A stretch of DNA of 53,277 nt from a virus (Duplodnaviria; Caudoviricetes), in IMG/VR virus record IMGVR_UViG_3300002053_000026, positions 1-53,277 of that record; one strand, 5' to 3'. The notes under the pieces were generated by a model. That model was not told where the DNA came from and ran no database searches. It saw only the letters and a list, made by a program, of their open reading frames with translations. Positions 38,627-46,922 of this stretch are shown piece after piece (within the stretch, counting starts at the first letter, position 1; the number at the start of each line of letters is the position of its first letter). A program made the position numbers and the translations under genes.

Positions 38627-39013
38627 TTACAGGGTGGCTATGCGTCTTCCTAATTTTTGAATTTCTTTTTTAACTTCTTCATCCAATATTGTGTTGTATG
38701 AACAGTATTCAACGATCCTTTCTGCTATACTTAAAACCGTTTCTGCATTATCTACTTTATCTTTTTGTTCTGCTAGTTTTCCTTTTAATTTTCTATTACT
38801 TGATTCTCCGATTAACTTTAGTAAATACCTAGAGAACATAACTTCTCCAGCTATTTTTCCACCCTCATATGCATCGTAGAAATTGCTACCAGAGAATTCT
38901 ATTGGACAAAAATCATCTTCGTCTGGCCAACAATCTCTTTCTGCTACTTCCTTTATGTGGTTTAAAAGTTTGTCAAATTTTTCAGCTTTGTCTTCGTTAC
39001 GTCCCCACCCCAT
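38627..39013 (-). CDS. Chimeric hypothetical protein containing permuted blocks of 38243..38497
   Basis: AETVLSIAERIVEYC precedes KKEIQKLGRRIATL, the reverse of the order in the neighbour. Confidence 0.55.
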   Translation of the reverse strand: MGWGRNEDKAEKFDKLLNHIKEVAERDCWPDEDDFCPIEFSGSNFYDAYEGGKIAGEVMFSRYLLKLIGESSNRKLKGKLAEQKDKVDNAETVLSIAERIVEYCSYNTILDEEVKKEIQKLGRRIATL

Positions 39014-39079
39014 TATTTTTTCCTTTCAAATGACATTATCTACCTTTTTCTGCGTTTTATCACTGCTAAAACTGGATTT

Positions 39080-39307
39080 TTATCCGATAACCGTTTTTAG
39101 GTCACAAAAACAAATTTCCATAATTTTGTATTGACACTTTTTTGAGTGTCCTTCTACATCTCCATTCCGAAGATCATTAAGGACTTCGTGTGCATCTCTT
39201 AGTGTGTACGCCTCAACACTTCCATATTCTTTAACTGGAATCCATTCTCTATTATGGAATTTTGCTATTATATAATCTTTTGTTCGTATCATTGAAATCT
39301 CTCCCAT
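39080..39307 (-). CDS. Hypothetical protein
   Basis: ORF in operon. Confidence 0.45.
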   Translation of the reverse strand: MGEISMIRTKDYIIAKFHNREWIPVKEYGSVEAYTLRDAHEVLNDLRNGDVEGHSKKCQYKIMEICFCDLKTVIG

Positions 39308-39576
39308 AAATTAAAGTGCGGAATTTTTTTATAAACAAATGGAACTCTTAGTAAATCGCGGCATTTATAGCATTTGAATTTTGCTTTATCATTGCATTCT
39401 TCTATTCTTTCGATTGGTATCCATAGTCCGCAGATTGTTTGCACGGTATGTTTATTCTGTGTATGTATGGTAATGCGATGCCAATAGTTTTGTCTCCACA
39501 AGCCATTACTTTTAACAGCTTTTCTAAACCATTTATCGCATATATGTATCATAATGTTTCTCCTGGTTGATAACAA
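39289..39576 (-). CDS. Small H..CG..CxxC Zn-binding protein
   Basis: WH...TICG...CYKC. Confidence 0.55.
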   Translation of the reverse strand: MLSTRRNIMIHICDKWFRKAVKSNGLWRQNYWHRITIHTQNKHTVQTICGLWIPIERIEECNDKAKFKCYKCRDLLRVPFVYKKIPHFNLWERFQ

Positions 39577-39660
39577 GTTTCTGAAGGTAAGTTTTTATTG
39601 CCATCTATATACACACCATGATCTTGCCATATTTCGGCGTTGCTTTATCCATTTATTCCT

Positions 39661-39918
39661 TTACCAAGTCCATTCCACATTTTTATAATCTATATATGGG
39701 TTATTTCTAGCCAAAAACCTTATAACATCTGGCGTTGGTCTTTTCCCAGAATAGAATACAGCAAGATAGTCTCCATCATATCCAAACTGATATGACTTTA
39801 TCCTGTTACCTATTAATATCATATTGATATTTTGGACAAATTCTTCTATTGAATGGTAGAATTCAAACGACATTACAAATGGTAAAAGTATTGTGGCTTT
39901 ATTCATTATTTTCCTCAC
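39661..39918 (-). CDS. Hypothetical protein
   Basis: ORF in operon. Confidence 0.5.
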   Translation of the reverse strand: MRKIMNKATILLPFVMSFEFYHSIEEFVQNINMILIGNRIKSYQFGYDGDYLAVFYSGKRPTPDVIRFLARNNPYIDYKNVEWTW

Positions 39919-40189
39919 GTTTAATTAAATTCCTTGCAAATTTTACTGCTGAATTAAAATCGAAAAAATCTTTATACCAAGATGTACGCTTTGGAGATTT
40001 TGATACAGCATAATATATATGTGATTGATTGTGTCCAAAATAGTGAACATATTTTTTTATAGCGAATTCCCCCTTGAGATTTCGGTGATATATATTATAA
40101 TCAATATGAATATAATTTTCCCATGGTTCTAATCGCCTATACTCTCTAATCCAAATTGTTTTTTTTCTTTTCATATTATTAGTTCCCAA
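39899..40189 (-). CDS. Hypothetical protein
   Basis: ORF in operon. Confidence 0.5.
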   Translation of the reverse strand: MGTNNMKRKKTIWIREYRRLEPWENYIHIDYNIYHRNLKGEFAIKKYVHYFGHNQSHIYYAVSKSPKRTSWYKDFFDFNSAVKFARNLIKREENNE

Positions 40190-40412
40190 GAGTTATTCTC
40201 AAATATGGCAATGCAGACGTTATATTATTGGAGAATCCAATAGCATGTAGCTTTGATGTAAAATCAAACCACATATTTCGACTATTATGTGTATTAAAAT
40301 TCCCTTCGTATTGCAATTGTATGTCGGTAAGTTTTTCAGCGTCATCATCTGTTTTAACACATGATCTGTGAATTCTTACTCACCAAAAACGTTTGTTTTT
40401 ATTTTTGCTCAT
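40179..40412 (-). pseudogene. Small gene with a premature TGA at codon 11
   Basis: MSKNKNKRFW*VRIHRSCVKTDDDAEKL...RITLGN* fills the gap between neighbouring genes. Confidence 0.5.
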
Positions 40413-40439
40413 AATTTTTCTCTATTTTCTATTATTAAT

Positions 40440-40769
40440 TTATATATCAAAAGGTAATGTACCGGACAATATTGCATTACCACATGTTATTCTTCCAAGG
40501 TCTTCTTCTGTGGATGCTATAAAGACAAAAACATCATATCCTGCATTTCTCAAATTTTCTTCATGGCTTTCATATGGTTTATATGTTGTGTAGTCTCCAG
40601 ATGTTGTTATATTATTTTGCATACATGATCTTGTTTTATGTAGTGGAGTTAATTTTATCATAAAATCGCGTGGATTAAAATATTCTAAAAGGACTTCTGG
40701 ATTAATTTTATATGGTCCTACGGCAAAGTTTAACGTTATTTTACGTCCTGCTGGTATTATCCCCTCCAT
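40440..40769 (-). pseudogene. C-terminal fragment of an RlmN-like radical SAM enzyme
   Basis: GRKITLNF, IKLTPL and a terminal TCGNA (compare RlmN ACGQL); no CxxxCxxC. Confidence 0.55.
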
Positions 40770-40791
40770 TCTTTTGGATATTTTATTTTTA

Positions 40792-41142
40792 TTACTTCGT
40801 CCTCTTGAACAGTATGATATCTTCTATCCTATTAGAACAATGTGTTGTAATAACTTTACCAATTTTTTCTAGCCATTCTTGCGGTAGTTTTCCTGTACCA
40901 ATATCTGTTGGCTCTTTATTCATATCAGAGTAAAACATTATATAACGAATAGTAATCCATCCCTTTTTTTCGTGAATATCTATAACGTTCCACGACTTAT
41001 CTTTTTTGTTTTCTGATATCTTCCAATCGATATCTTCTCCATCAAAACCAACTGCATGCCCATCTGATTCTCCCATAATTTCTTCTAGATCGCATACTCC
41101 ATTGGTGCGGATAGAAGAATCGTCTTTTAGTTTAATTTTCAT
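40792..41142 (-). CDS. Hypothetical protein
   Basis: Coupled ORF. Confidence 0.5.
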   Translation of the reverse strand: MKIKLKDDSSIRTNGVCDLEEIMGESDGHAVGFDGEDIDWKISENKKDKSWNVIDIHEKKGWITIRYIMFYSDMNKEPTDIGTGKLPQEWLEKIGKVITTHCSNRIEDIILFKRTK

Positions 41143-41395
41143 AATATTTGCCTCCAGGCGAAAATGCCATTATCTCCCATCCGATAGCCTTTTCCCTGTT
41201 TGTATTTTCATGTAATACTTTTCCGTTAAGGGATGTAACTTCCCACTTTTGCGTTTCGACGTTAAATTCGACATTGGATGCTTTTCGCACATTGGTAATT
41301 TTCCCGATGGCGAACAAGTTGATATCGTCAGTATATAAACCATGCACATCTCCACATTCATCTATTTCCAATATGATATTGATTTTTTTAGACAT
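41132..41395 (-). CDS. Small conserved protein of the type found beside DUF1257/DUF2997/AAA genes
   Basis: I...G.V..LY.D.I.L..IG.....RAS.VE......W.V.........RE.AI.WE pattern, recognised from memory. Confidence 0.55.
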   Translation of the reverse strand: MSKKINIILEIDECGDVHGLYTDDINLFAIGKITNVRKASNVEFNVETQKWEVTSLNGKVLHENTNREKAIGWEIMAFSPGGKYYEN

Positions 41396-41406
41396 TGCAA
41401 AATACC

Positions 41407-42018
41407 CTACTTATGTTGTTCACTTAGTGTTCTTTTTATTGACCATCCACGCCAAAAGCGTGACTGTATTGTGCTTTTATTTATTCCTAATTCTTCTGCC
41501 CATGCTGCTATACACTGTGTTTTGCCTCTAAAAGATAGTAAATTATTTTTACTTCTGTTACGACTGTTCTGGACTGGCGTGACCCACCGACAGTTTTCTT
41601 TATAATATCCAAGATCGTTATTTATTCTGTCTAGCTGATGACCATCAGGGCGTTCCCCCATGTCGGATAAAAAATTATCAAATTTTAGCCACCGATCACA
41701 AACTGTAATACCTCTGCCACCGTATCTATGATATCTATTGTTGGATGGATCATTACATCTTCCCTTCATTCTTACCCACGAATGATATGTTGGTGATATT
41801 TTGTTTCTTCGCGAGTGTCCATGGAGGCAATTAGATGCTGATTCTACTCTTAGGCATCCACAGCTTTTTATTTTTCCGCTTAGTAAATGATAACCACGAA
41901 CAACAGAAGTCTTACCACAGTTGCACATACATAACCATGTTGTATGACCATGTTTGGTATTCTTATCACGCCTTATGACGGTTAATCTATTGAATTTTTG
42001 TCCAGTTAAATCAATCAA
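41407..42018 (-). CDS. HNH homing endonuclease (intact)
   Basis: DLTGQKFNRLTV, WLCMCNCG, KSCGC, YGGRGITVCDRW and LDRINNDLGYYKENCRW. Confidence 0.88.
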   Translation of the reverse strand: MIDLTGQKFNRLTVIRRDKNTKHGHTTWLCMCNCGKTSVVRGYHLLSGKIKSCGCLRVESASNCLHGHSRRNKISPTYHSWVRMKGRCNDPSNNRYHRYGGRGITVCDRWLKFDNFLSDMGERPDGHQLDRINNDLGYYKENCRWVTPVQNSRNRSKNNLLSFRGKTQCIAAWAEELGINKSTIQSRFWRGWSIKRTLSEQHK

Positions 42019-43036
42019 TTAAGTTTTCCTCGGCATTGTTTCTTCCATAGACAATGAACTAACCATGACATATTGTCCCTTTTCTCTAAGTTCTTTAATA
42101 TTGTGAGCACCACTCATAGCTAGGCCAGACTTTATTTCTTTTGCAGAATTAAGAATAACATTTTCTGTTTCGCCTTTGTATCCGGTTTCAATCTCTATAC
42201 CTTCTGGCGCTATATCTGGTCTGCCAGAAGCGTTTCTACTGCTCATTCCTCTATAAACTCTTTTCCCATCTATCAATGGTGTACAATTAGTCCCTGCCAG
42301 CATGTAACCTATCATACATGCATCAGCACCAGCGAAGAGAGACTTTACCATATCTCCACCTGTTCTTAAGCCACCATCTACTATAATGGATGTTGATCTA
42401 TTTGTTGTTTTCTTGGTGGGTTTCAAGTATTGCTGATAATTGTGGGTACCCGTGCCCAGTTATAATTCTTGTGGTACAAGCAGCCCCCGGACCTATGCCG
42501 ACCTTAATTGCGTCAACACCATGCATTGCAAATTTAGTAGCTGCATCTCTGGTACATACATTACCAGCCATTATTATGAAATCATACGTATCTGAACATT
42601 TAATATCTACCAGAATATCAATGGCTTTATACATCATCTTATGGTCACCATGAGCCACATCTAAACACAGCACATTACATCCAACATCAAGTAATTTTTG
42701 CGCATTCCAATTTATATCCCCTTTTATGCCCATGGCACATCCAATATTTTTAGTGTTTTGATGTTTGGCATGAATGATTTCGGATGTTTGTTTTTTTATT
42801 TCCTCGTCTTCGGATAACCCAATATTTCTACTGATAATACCTAAACCACCAAGACGATCAAGAGTCACTGCCATTTCTGCGCCTGTTACAGAATCCATTG
42901 GTGATGATATAATCGGAATACCTAATTTTAACTTCCCACCCAAACATGTTGAGATGTTTGGTGTTGTGCGTGAATCTAGTTCTGAATATTGCGGGACAAG
43001 CAAGATGTCATTGAAACACAATTTCCTGTCTTGCAT
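42019..43036 (-). pseudogene. IMP dehydrogenase / GMP reductase family gene split by a +1 frameshift near 42400-42425
   Basis: N-part has FNDILLVP, SSPMD, DVAHG, AGNV and GIGPGAACTTR; C-part has DGGLR..GD..K, M.G.MLAG, YRGMSS and PEG; no CBS domains. Confidence 0.85.
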
Positions 43037-43072
43037 GTTTACTCCTAGCCTTCAAGCTCTTCAGCCAATTCC

Positions 43073-44056
43073 TCAAGTCCATCGAATTTTAATAGGATGG
43101 GATACTGCTGCAATATCATTATAATCTACACATACATCCAAACAATTTTTAGCACAAATTGGATCAGCAATACTGTCATGTTCAAAAATCCATTGTAATC
43201 GTTCATTTCTCATATCTGGTCCAACTTCACCAATAGGATCGCCACCCTCTCGTAAATGGATAATACATGGGAAATGCCATTTACCGGCTACAGCCATATC
43301 GTCTAGTGCTAACCAACACTTACGACAGTTGCCTCCAAAAATTCCACGTACATTTCTACCAGCTTTCAAGTTCTCAATCCGGTACTTCAGGATCGGGTAC
43401 TTGTTCAATACCTCGTCTGGTAAATCGACCAGCTTGGTCAGAGCCTTGTTGTACTGTGCCGCTGGGATGACTCGGATATCCGAAGCCCCCAGGCTGTCCA
43501 CGAACAGCACAGCCTCAACACACTGGTCAACATTAGCCTCGGTGAAGACCATGCCAACGGTTACGTAGGTGATCTTGCTCAGGGTGCGGATAGACTCTAC
43601 AGTCTTCGCCCATGCACCCTTCACTCCACCAGTCATGTCCGTACCGACAGCGCAGCAGCCACTATCAAGACTGATAGAGAAGTCGTTAACACCCGCTCCG
43701 ATCAAAGCAAGATAGGTCTCAGGCTTTGCCGTACCATTGGTGGAGATTGCAATGCGCTCGACTCCACCTTCACGACAGCGATCAATCAACTTGCCCAGAC
43801 CCTTGTATAGAGTAGGCTCCCCACCGGAGAACCTGACGTTCTTTAGCCCTTGAGCAATCCAGAGGTTGACAGTTTTGAGCGCCTGTTTGAACGGCATATC
43901 TCCACGAATCTCCGGTCTTACACCACGGCAATACGGACACCGTAGGTTACAGCGATCCGTAAGAATCAACTCACACCGCTGCAACGGAGAGGTAGCGCTA
44001 GCGTTCAACGCACGCTTGTCAGATAGCGTGTAGAATCCAATGTCTTCAAGCTTCAT
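43073..44056 (-). CDS. Radical SAM enzyme with a C-terminal Cys-rich (SPASM/twitch-like) region
   Basis: CNLRCPYC, FSGGEPT, ISTNG and ISLD; C-terminal CW...FPC...C...C..C; AAAGGAGG RBS. Confidence 0.88.
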   Translation of the reverse strand: MKLEDIGFYTLSDKRALNASATSPLQRCELILTDRCNLRCPYCRGVRPEIRGDMPFKQALKTVNLWIAQGLKNVRFSGGEPTLYKGLGKLIDRCREGGVERIAISTNGTAKPETYLALIGAGVNDFSISLDSGCCAVGTDMTGGVKGAWAKTVESIRTLSKITYVTVGMVFTEANVDQCVEAVLFVDSLGASDIRVIPAAQYNKALTKLVDLPDEVLNKYPILKYRIENLKAGRNVRGIFGGNCRKCWLALDDMAVAGKWHFPCIIHLREGGDPIGEVGPDMRNERLQWIFEHDSIADPICAKNCLDVCVDYNDIAAVSHPIKIRWT

Positions 44057-44074
44057 GACAACCTCCTTTACTAC

Positions 44075-44149
44075 CGGGCTGGGTCGGACTCGAACTCACG
44101 ACCTGCGGGGTAGAAACCCGCTGTTCTTGATCCACTGAGCTACCAGCCC
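44075..44149 (-). tRNA. tRNA-Arg(TCT), with degenerate D and T stems
   Basis: GGGCTGG/CCAGCCC acceptor stem, GCGGG-TTTCTAC-CCCGC anticodon arm and GTTCGA loop. Confidence 0.75.
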
Positions 44150-44153
44150 TTAC

Positions 44154-44225
44154 TACCAGCGACAGGGCTCGAACCTGCATCTCCCGGTCCACAGCCGAGC
44201 GTTCTACCAGTTGAACTACACCAGC
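44154..44225 (-). tRNA. tRNA-His(GTG), with a weak acceptor stem (possibly a pseudo-tRNA)
   Basis: GTTC/GAAC D stem, CTCGG-CTGTGGA-CCGGG anticodon arm and GCAGG-TTCGAGC-CCTGT T arm; acceptor stem has four G:U pairs. Confidence 0.7.
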
Positions 44226-44230
44226 TCAAA

Positions 44231-44304
44231 TGGGCAGTGCAAGGCTTGAACCTGTGACCTCGTGTTTATAATACACGTGATCGTACCAACTGAGCTACCG
44301 GCCC
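44231..44304 (-). tRNA. tRNA with TAT anticodon (Ile-like), degenerate
   Basis: TAGCTCAGTTGG D region, CGTGT-ATTATAA-ACACG anticodon arm and GGTTCAAG; mismatches in the acceptor, D and T stems. Confidence 0.6.
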
Positions 44305-45347
44305 TCCATGACATTATTTTTAGGACGAATCTTTTTCATAATATATCTATCTAACCTATCCCAATGTCCATCATATAACATGAACATTGCAGCACGATGT
44401 TTCATATTAGCAACAGTGTTTGCAAATCTAGCTCTATCGGGGATATATTTAATTAAATCAAAATATTCTTGAATTTCACATTTGGTTAATTCATATTTAC
44501 CTTCAAGATTAGATGCTAAATCGGTAAGAGTTTCATGATAATCTACATCAACTATATCCCAAAGAAATGCAGGAACTTCTCCATTAACCATTTCTTTCCA
44601 AATGCCGAGAAGTGTTAAGTGCATAAGCATAGCATGACGACGAAAATAATCCTCACACTTGATTTTTACTCTCAAGCCATTGTTAAATCGAATAACAAAT
44701 CCTTCCAATTTATCACCAGATGCAGTTTTAATTTGTCCACGACAATATCCTAACCAATTCTGATCATATGAATCAATTAAAGTAAATCCAAATTCTTTAT
44801 TCCATTCTCTAACTTGTCCCCAACTGTATTCTTCACCAGTATGACGATTATATGCAGCAAGCAAAACCAAATCTCGACGGTCACCATAATTAACCACAAT
44901 ATGTGTAATTGGACAAATAATCTCAAATAACAATGTTACTTCATCTGGTAAAGTGCTTAGATCGTATCGTTTCAACCAAGCAGTAGCCCAAACAGCACCA
45001 TCACTTCTGAAAGACCCTCTGGTAGCAATACGATGTTCACCATTAACTCGATAAAGAATTCCTAACCAACCGTCTTCCTTCTTAAAAATACGAAAACCAT
45101 CTTTCCATGGAAGATTGCATTCTTGTGTATCGTGTCGTTGATTCATATTGAAAAATTTGGGAAAAGGTTGCGATACTACTTCTCCTGTCTTACGATTTAA
45201 AATTATGCCTCTGCTATTTAAAGTAATATTATCCCAAGTCTTACATCCATCAGTATAACTATATACACGAAGATCATCTAAATCATCGCATCGAAGCAAA
45301 CCATCCTCCACCAATTTATCTCTGGCTTCAATAAAATCAAATTTCAT
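44295..45347 (-). CDS. T4 Rnl1-like RNA ligase
   Basis: SRGII, PFPKFFN, KEDG (motif I), ATRGSF, FEII, EGFVI and RVKIK. Confidence 0.9.
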   Translation of the reverse strand: MKFDFIEARDKLVEDGLLRCDDLDDLRVYSYTDGCKTWDNITLNSRGIILNRKTGEVVSQPFPKFFNMNQRHDTQECNLPWKDGFRIFKKEDGWLGILYRVNGEHRIATRGSFRSDGAVWATAWLKRYDLSTLPDEVTLLFEIICPITHIVVNYGDRRDLVLLAAYNRHTGEEYSWGQVREWNKEFGFTLIDSYDQNWLGYCRGQIKTASGDKLEGFVIRFNNGLRVKIKCEDYFRRHAMLMHLTLLGIWKEMVNGEVPAFLWDIVDVDYHETLTDLASNLEGKYELTKCEIQEYFDLIKYIPDRARFANTVANMKHRAAMFMLYDGHWDRLDRYIMKKIRPKNNVMEGR

Positions 45348-45521
45348 GATCTTTCACGCCTTATTCTCCATAATTCAGTAGCCTGACATACATGACCACG
45401 CTGATCAAATTTATCACTAATACCACTAACCATCTTCAAAATATCAAGTAAATGTGGATTCTCATCAATGGAATAAAGCTACGCAGACAACAGCTAGCAC
45501 AAACCCGATTGATTTCCACAT
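45344..45521 (-). pseudogene. Small gene apparently broken by a +1 frameshift
   Basis: MWKSIGFVLAVVCVA then, in the +1 frame, YSIDENPHLLDILK...RERS*, ending ATGA-coupled to the ligase. Confidence 0.4.
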
Positions 45522-45533
45522 TTCTATCTCCTA

Positions 45534-45566
45534 TGGCCCCGGCTGGACTCGAACCAGCACGCCCTT
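45534..45566 (-). other. Isolated 3' half of a tRNA (T arm plus acceptor 3' strand)
   Basis: GGGCGT-GCTGG-TTCGAGT-CCAGC-CGGGGCCA with a perfect T arm; no matching 5' half upstream. Confidence 0.7.
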
Positions 45567-45702
45567 ATAGATATTCATCTAGGCGAGTGGTTTGTTTGTG
45601 ATAGATACGGCTACTATCATCGCTATAAATTTCTATTATCATATCTTCGCCGAATTTTTTGTGTATTAAATCAAGAAATTTTAATGTAGGGTTGCTCATT
45701 CT

Positions 45703-45906
45703 TTATTCAGGTCCCCATTCATAAGAATGGAGAACTTCTCCATCTCTAGTGATCATAACGTATCCACTTCCATTTGCGTTTACGTGCGTTTTAGAGAATG
45801 TTCGCCACGTATTTGCTTCCGCAGTAGAAGCCTTGCTTCCTAGGCGATGAGTCTCTTTTGATCTGTTGTTGTCATGACCGAATGCTTTTGCTATTGTATT
45901 CGCCAT
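45703..45906 (-). CDS. Hypothetical protein
   Basis: ORF with AGGAG RBS. Confidence 0.6.
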   Translation of the reverse strand: MANTIAKAFGHDNNRSKETHRLGSKASTAEANTWRTFSKTHVNANGSGYVMITRDGEVLHSYEWGPE

Positions 45907-45917
45907 TATTTTACTCC

Positions 45918-46331
45918 TTATCTGTATCCAGTTATTGTTATACGCTGTCTGCCGTTTGACAATTTTTCTCGGTTAATTGTTCTGTCACGTTGGATTTGAT
46001 CTCTAGATAGTTTATGGAATACATAGTTTGTTTTTAATTGACCCAACCATTGATCACTATATTTTCGGGCGTCGTATTCAGAGATGATAGCATTGTAATG
46101 GCCATTTTCATCTTTGGCAAAGCCAATGTCATTAGAGGCTTTTCCGACATGTTTGCGCCTTATAATGATGTTGGCCTTTTCATTGCGCATATCACCCCTA
46201 TATCCATATAGGCCGACTGGATCGTCGTAAATTTCTATCTGATCGGTAGTCCAATTTCCTGTTTCTACTAAAGCGCAAATTAATGACGCGCTGTCTTTAA
46301 AGATAGTCTTTACTTCGCAAAATCTGCTCAT
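45918..46331 (-). CDS. DUF1257 / Ycf35-like protein
   Basis: MS.F..VKT...D...L..AL, L.GY.GD.R...A.I.IRR, NDIGF....G.Y..I...YD and L..L...Y. Confidence 0.8.
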   Translation of the reverse strand: MSRFCEVKTIFKDSASLICALVETGNWTTDQIEIYDDPVGLYGYRGDMRNEKANIIIRRKHVGKASNDIGFAKDENGHYNAIISEYDARKYSDQWLGQLKTNYVFHKLSRDQIQRDRTINREKLSNGRQRITITGYR

Positions 46332-46489
46332 TTTAGTTGGTCCTCACCATTTTTTATAAACGAAAGAATAGCCTCAAGTTCACCGCATTCACCGCAAGTC
46401 AGTTTGTGAACACAATTAACACATACGTCTTCGAAGTCTGGATGTGTATCATTTGATAGTTATGTGCTACAGAATCTACATAACTTCAT
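46328..46489 (-). pseudogene. Small Cys-rich gene with a premature TAA (46460-46462)
   Basis: MKLCRFCST*LSNDTHPDFEDVCVNCVHKLTCGEC...; ATGA-coupled at both ends. Confidence 0.55.
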
Positions 46490-46908
46490 GATAAAACCTT
46501 TCTTGCCCTATCGAATGGGTTCATTTTGTTTATGGTAGCCTGATTATCATTGATTTCACGACAATTGTTTGGTTCTTTCCGGGAATCTTCGCCATTGTTG
46601 AGTCCATAATTATCACATTTTGCATTATTAATGCTTTCATCATATGTAATATCAAAAGCAATATCATCATTTTGGATGTCGGTGATTATGTGAACCGGTT
46701 TGAGTGCGACAACAAATTTTGGTAAATCCCTAGATCTATCAAAATTCGCGTTAATACGGTTTAATTCACCCAGGACTCCTCCGTCAATGCCAGTATCGAA
46801 TGTAGTAAAAATTTTATCTTCTAATTCAATCGTTCCAAAACCATTATTATATCCAATTGCGTAAGCTACCCCGTCGTGATAACATTCGCCAAGTTTAATT
46901 CTACACAT
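46486..46908 (-). CDS. Hypothetical protein
   Basis: ORF with GGAG RBS. Confidence 0.55.
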   Translation of the reverse strand: MCRIKLGECYHDGVAYAIGYNNGFGTIELEDKIFTTFDTGIDGGVLGELNRINANFDRSRDLPKFVVALKPVHIITDIQNDDIAFDITYDESINNAKCDNYGLNNGEDSRKEPNNCREINDNQATINKMNPFDRARKVLS

Positions 46909-46922
46909 ATATCTTCTCCATA

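Noticed and set aside
43073-44056. Viperin or QueE identity for the radical SAM enzyme
   Set aside because: It has a generic CNLRCPYC motif and a Cys-rich SPASM/twitch-like tail; nothing specific supports either call.
927-46489. Stop-codon reassignment as the explanation for the in-frame stops
   Set aside because: The interruptions involve TAA, TAG and TGA alike, all three also end normal genes, and the long core genes are uninterrupted under the standard code.
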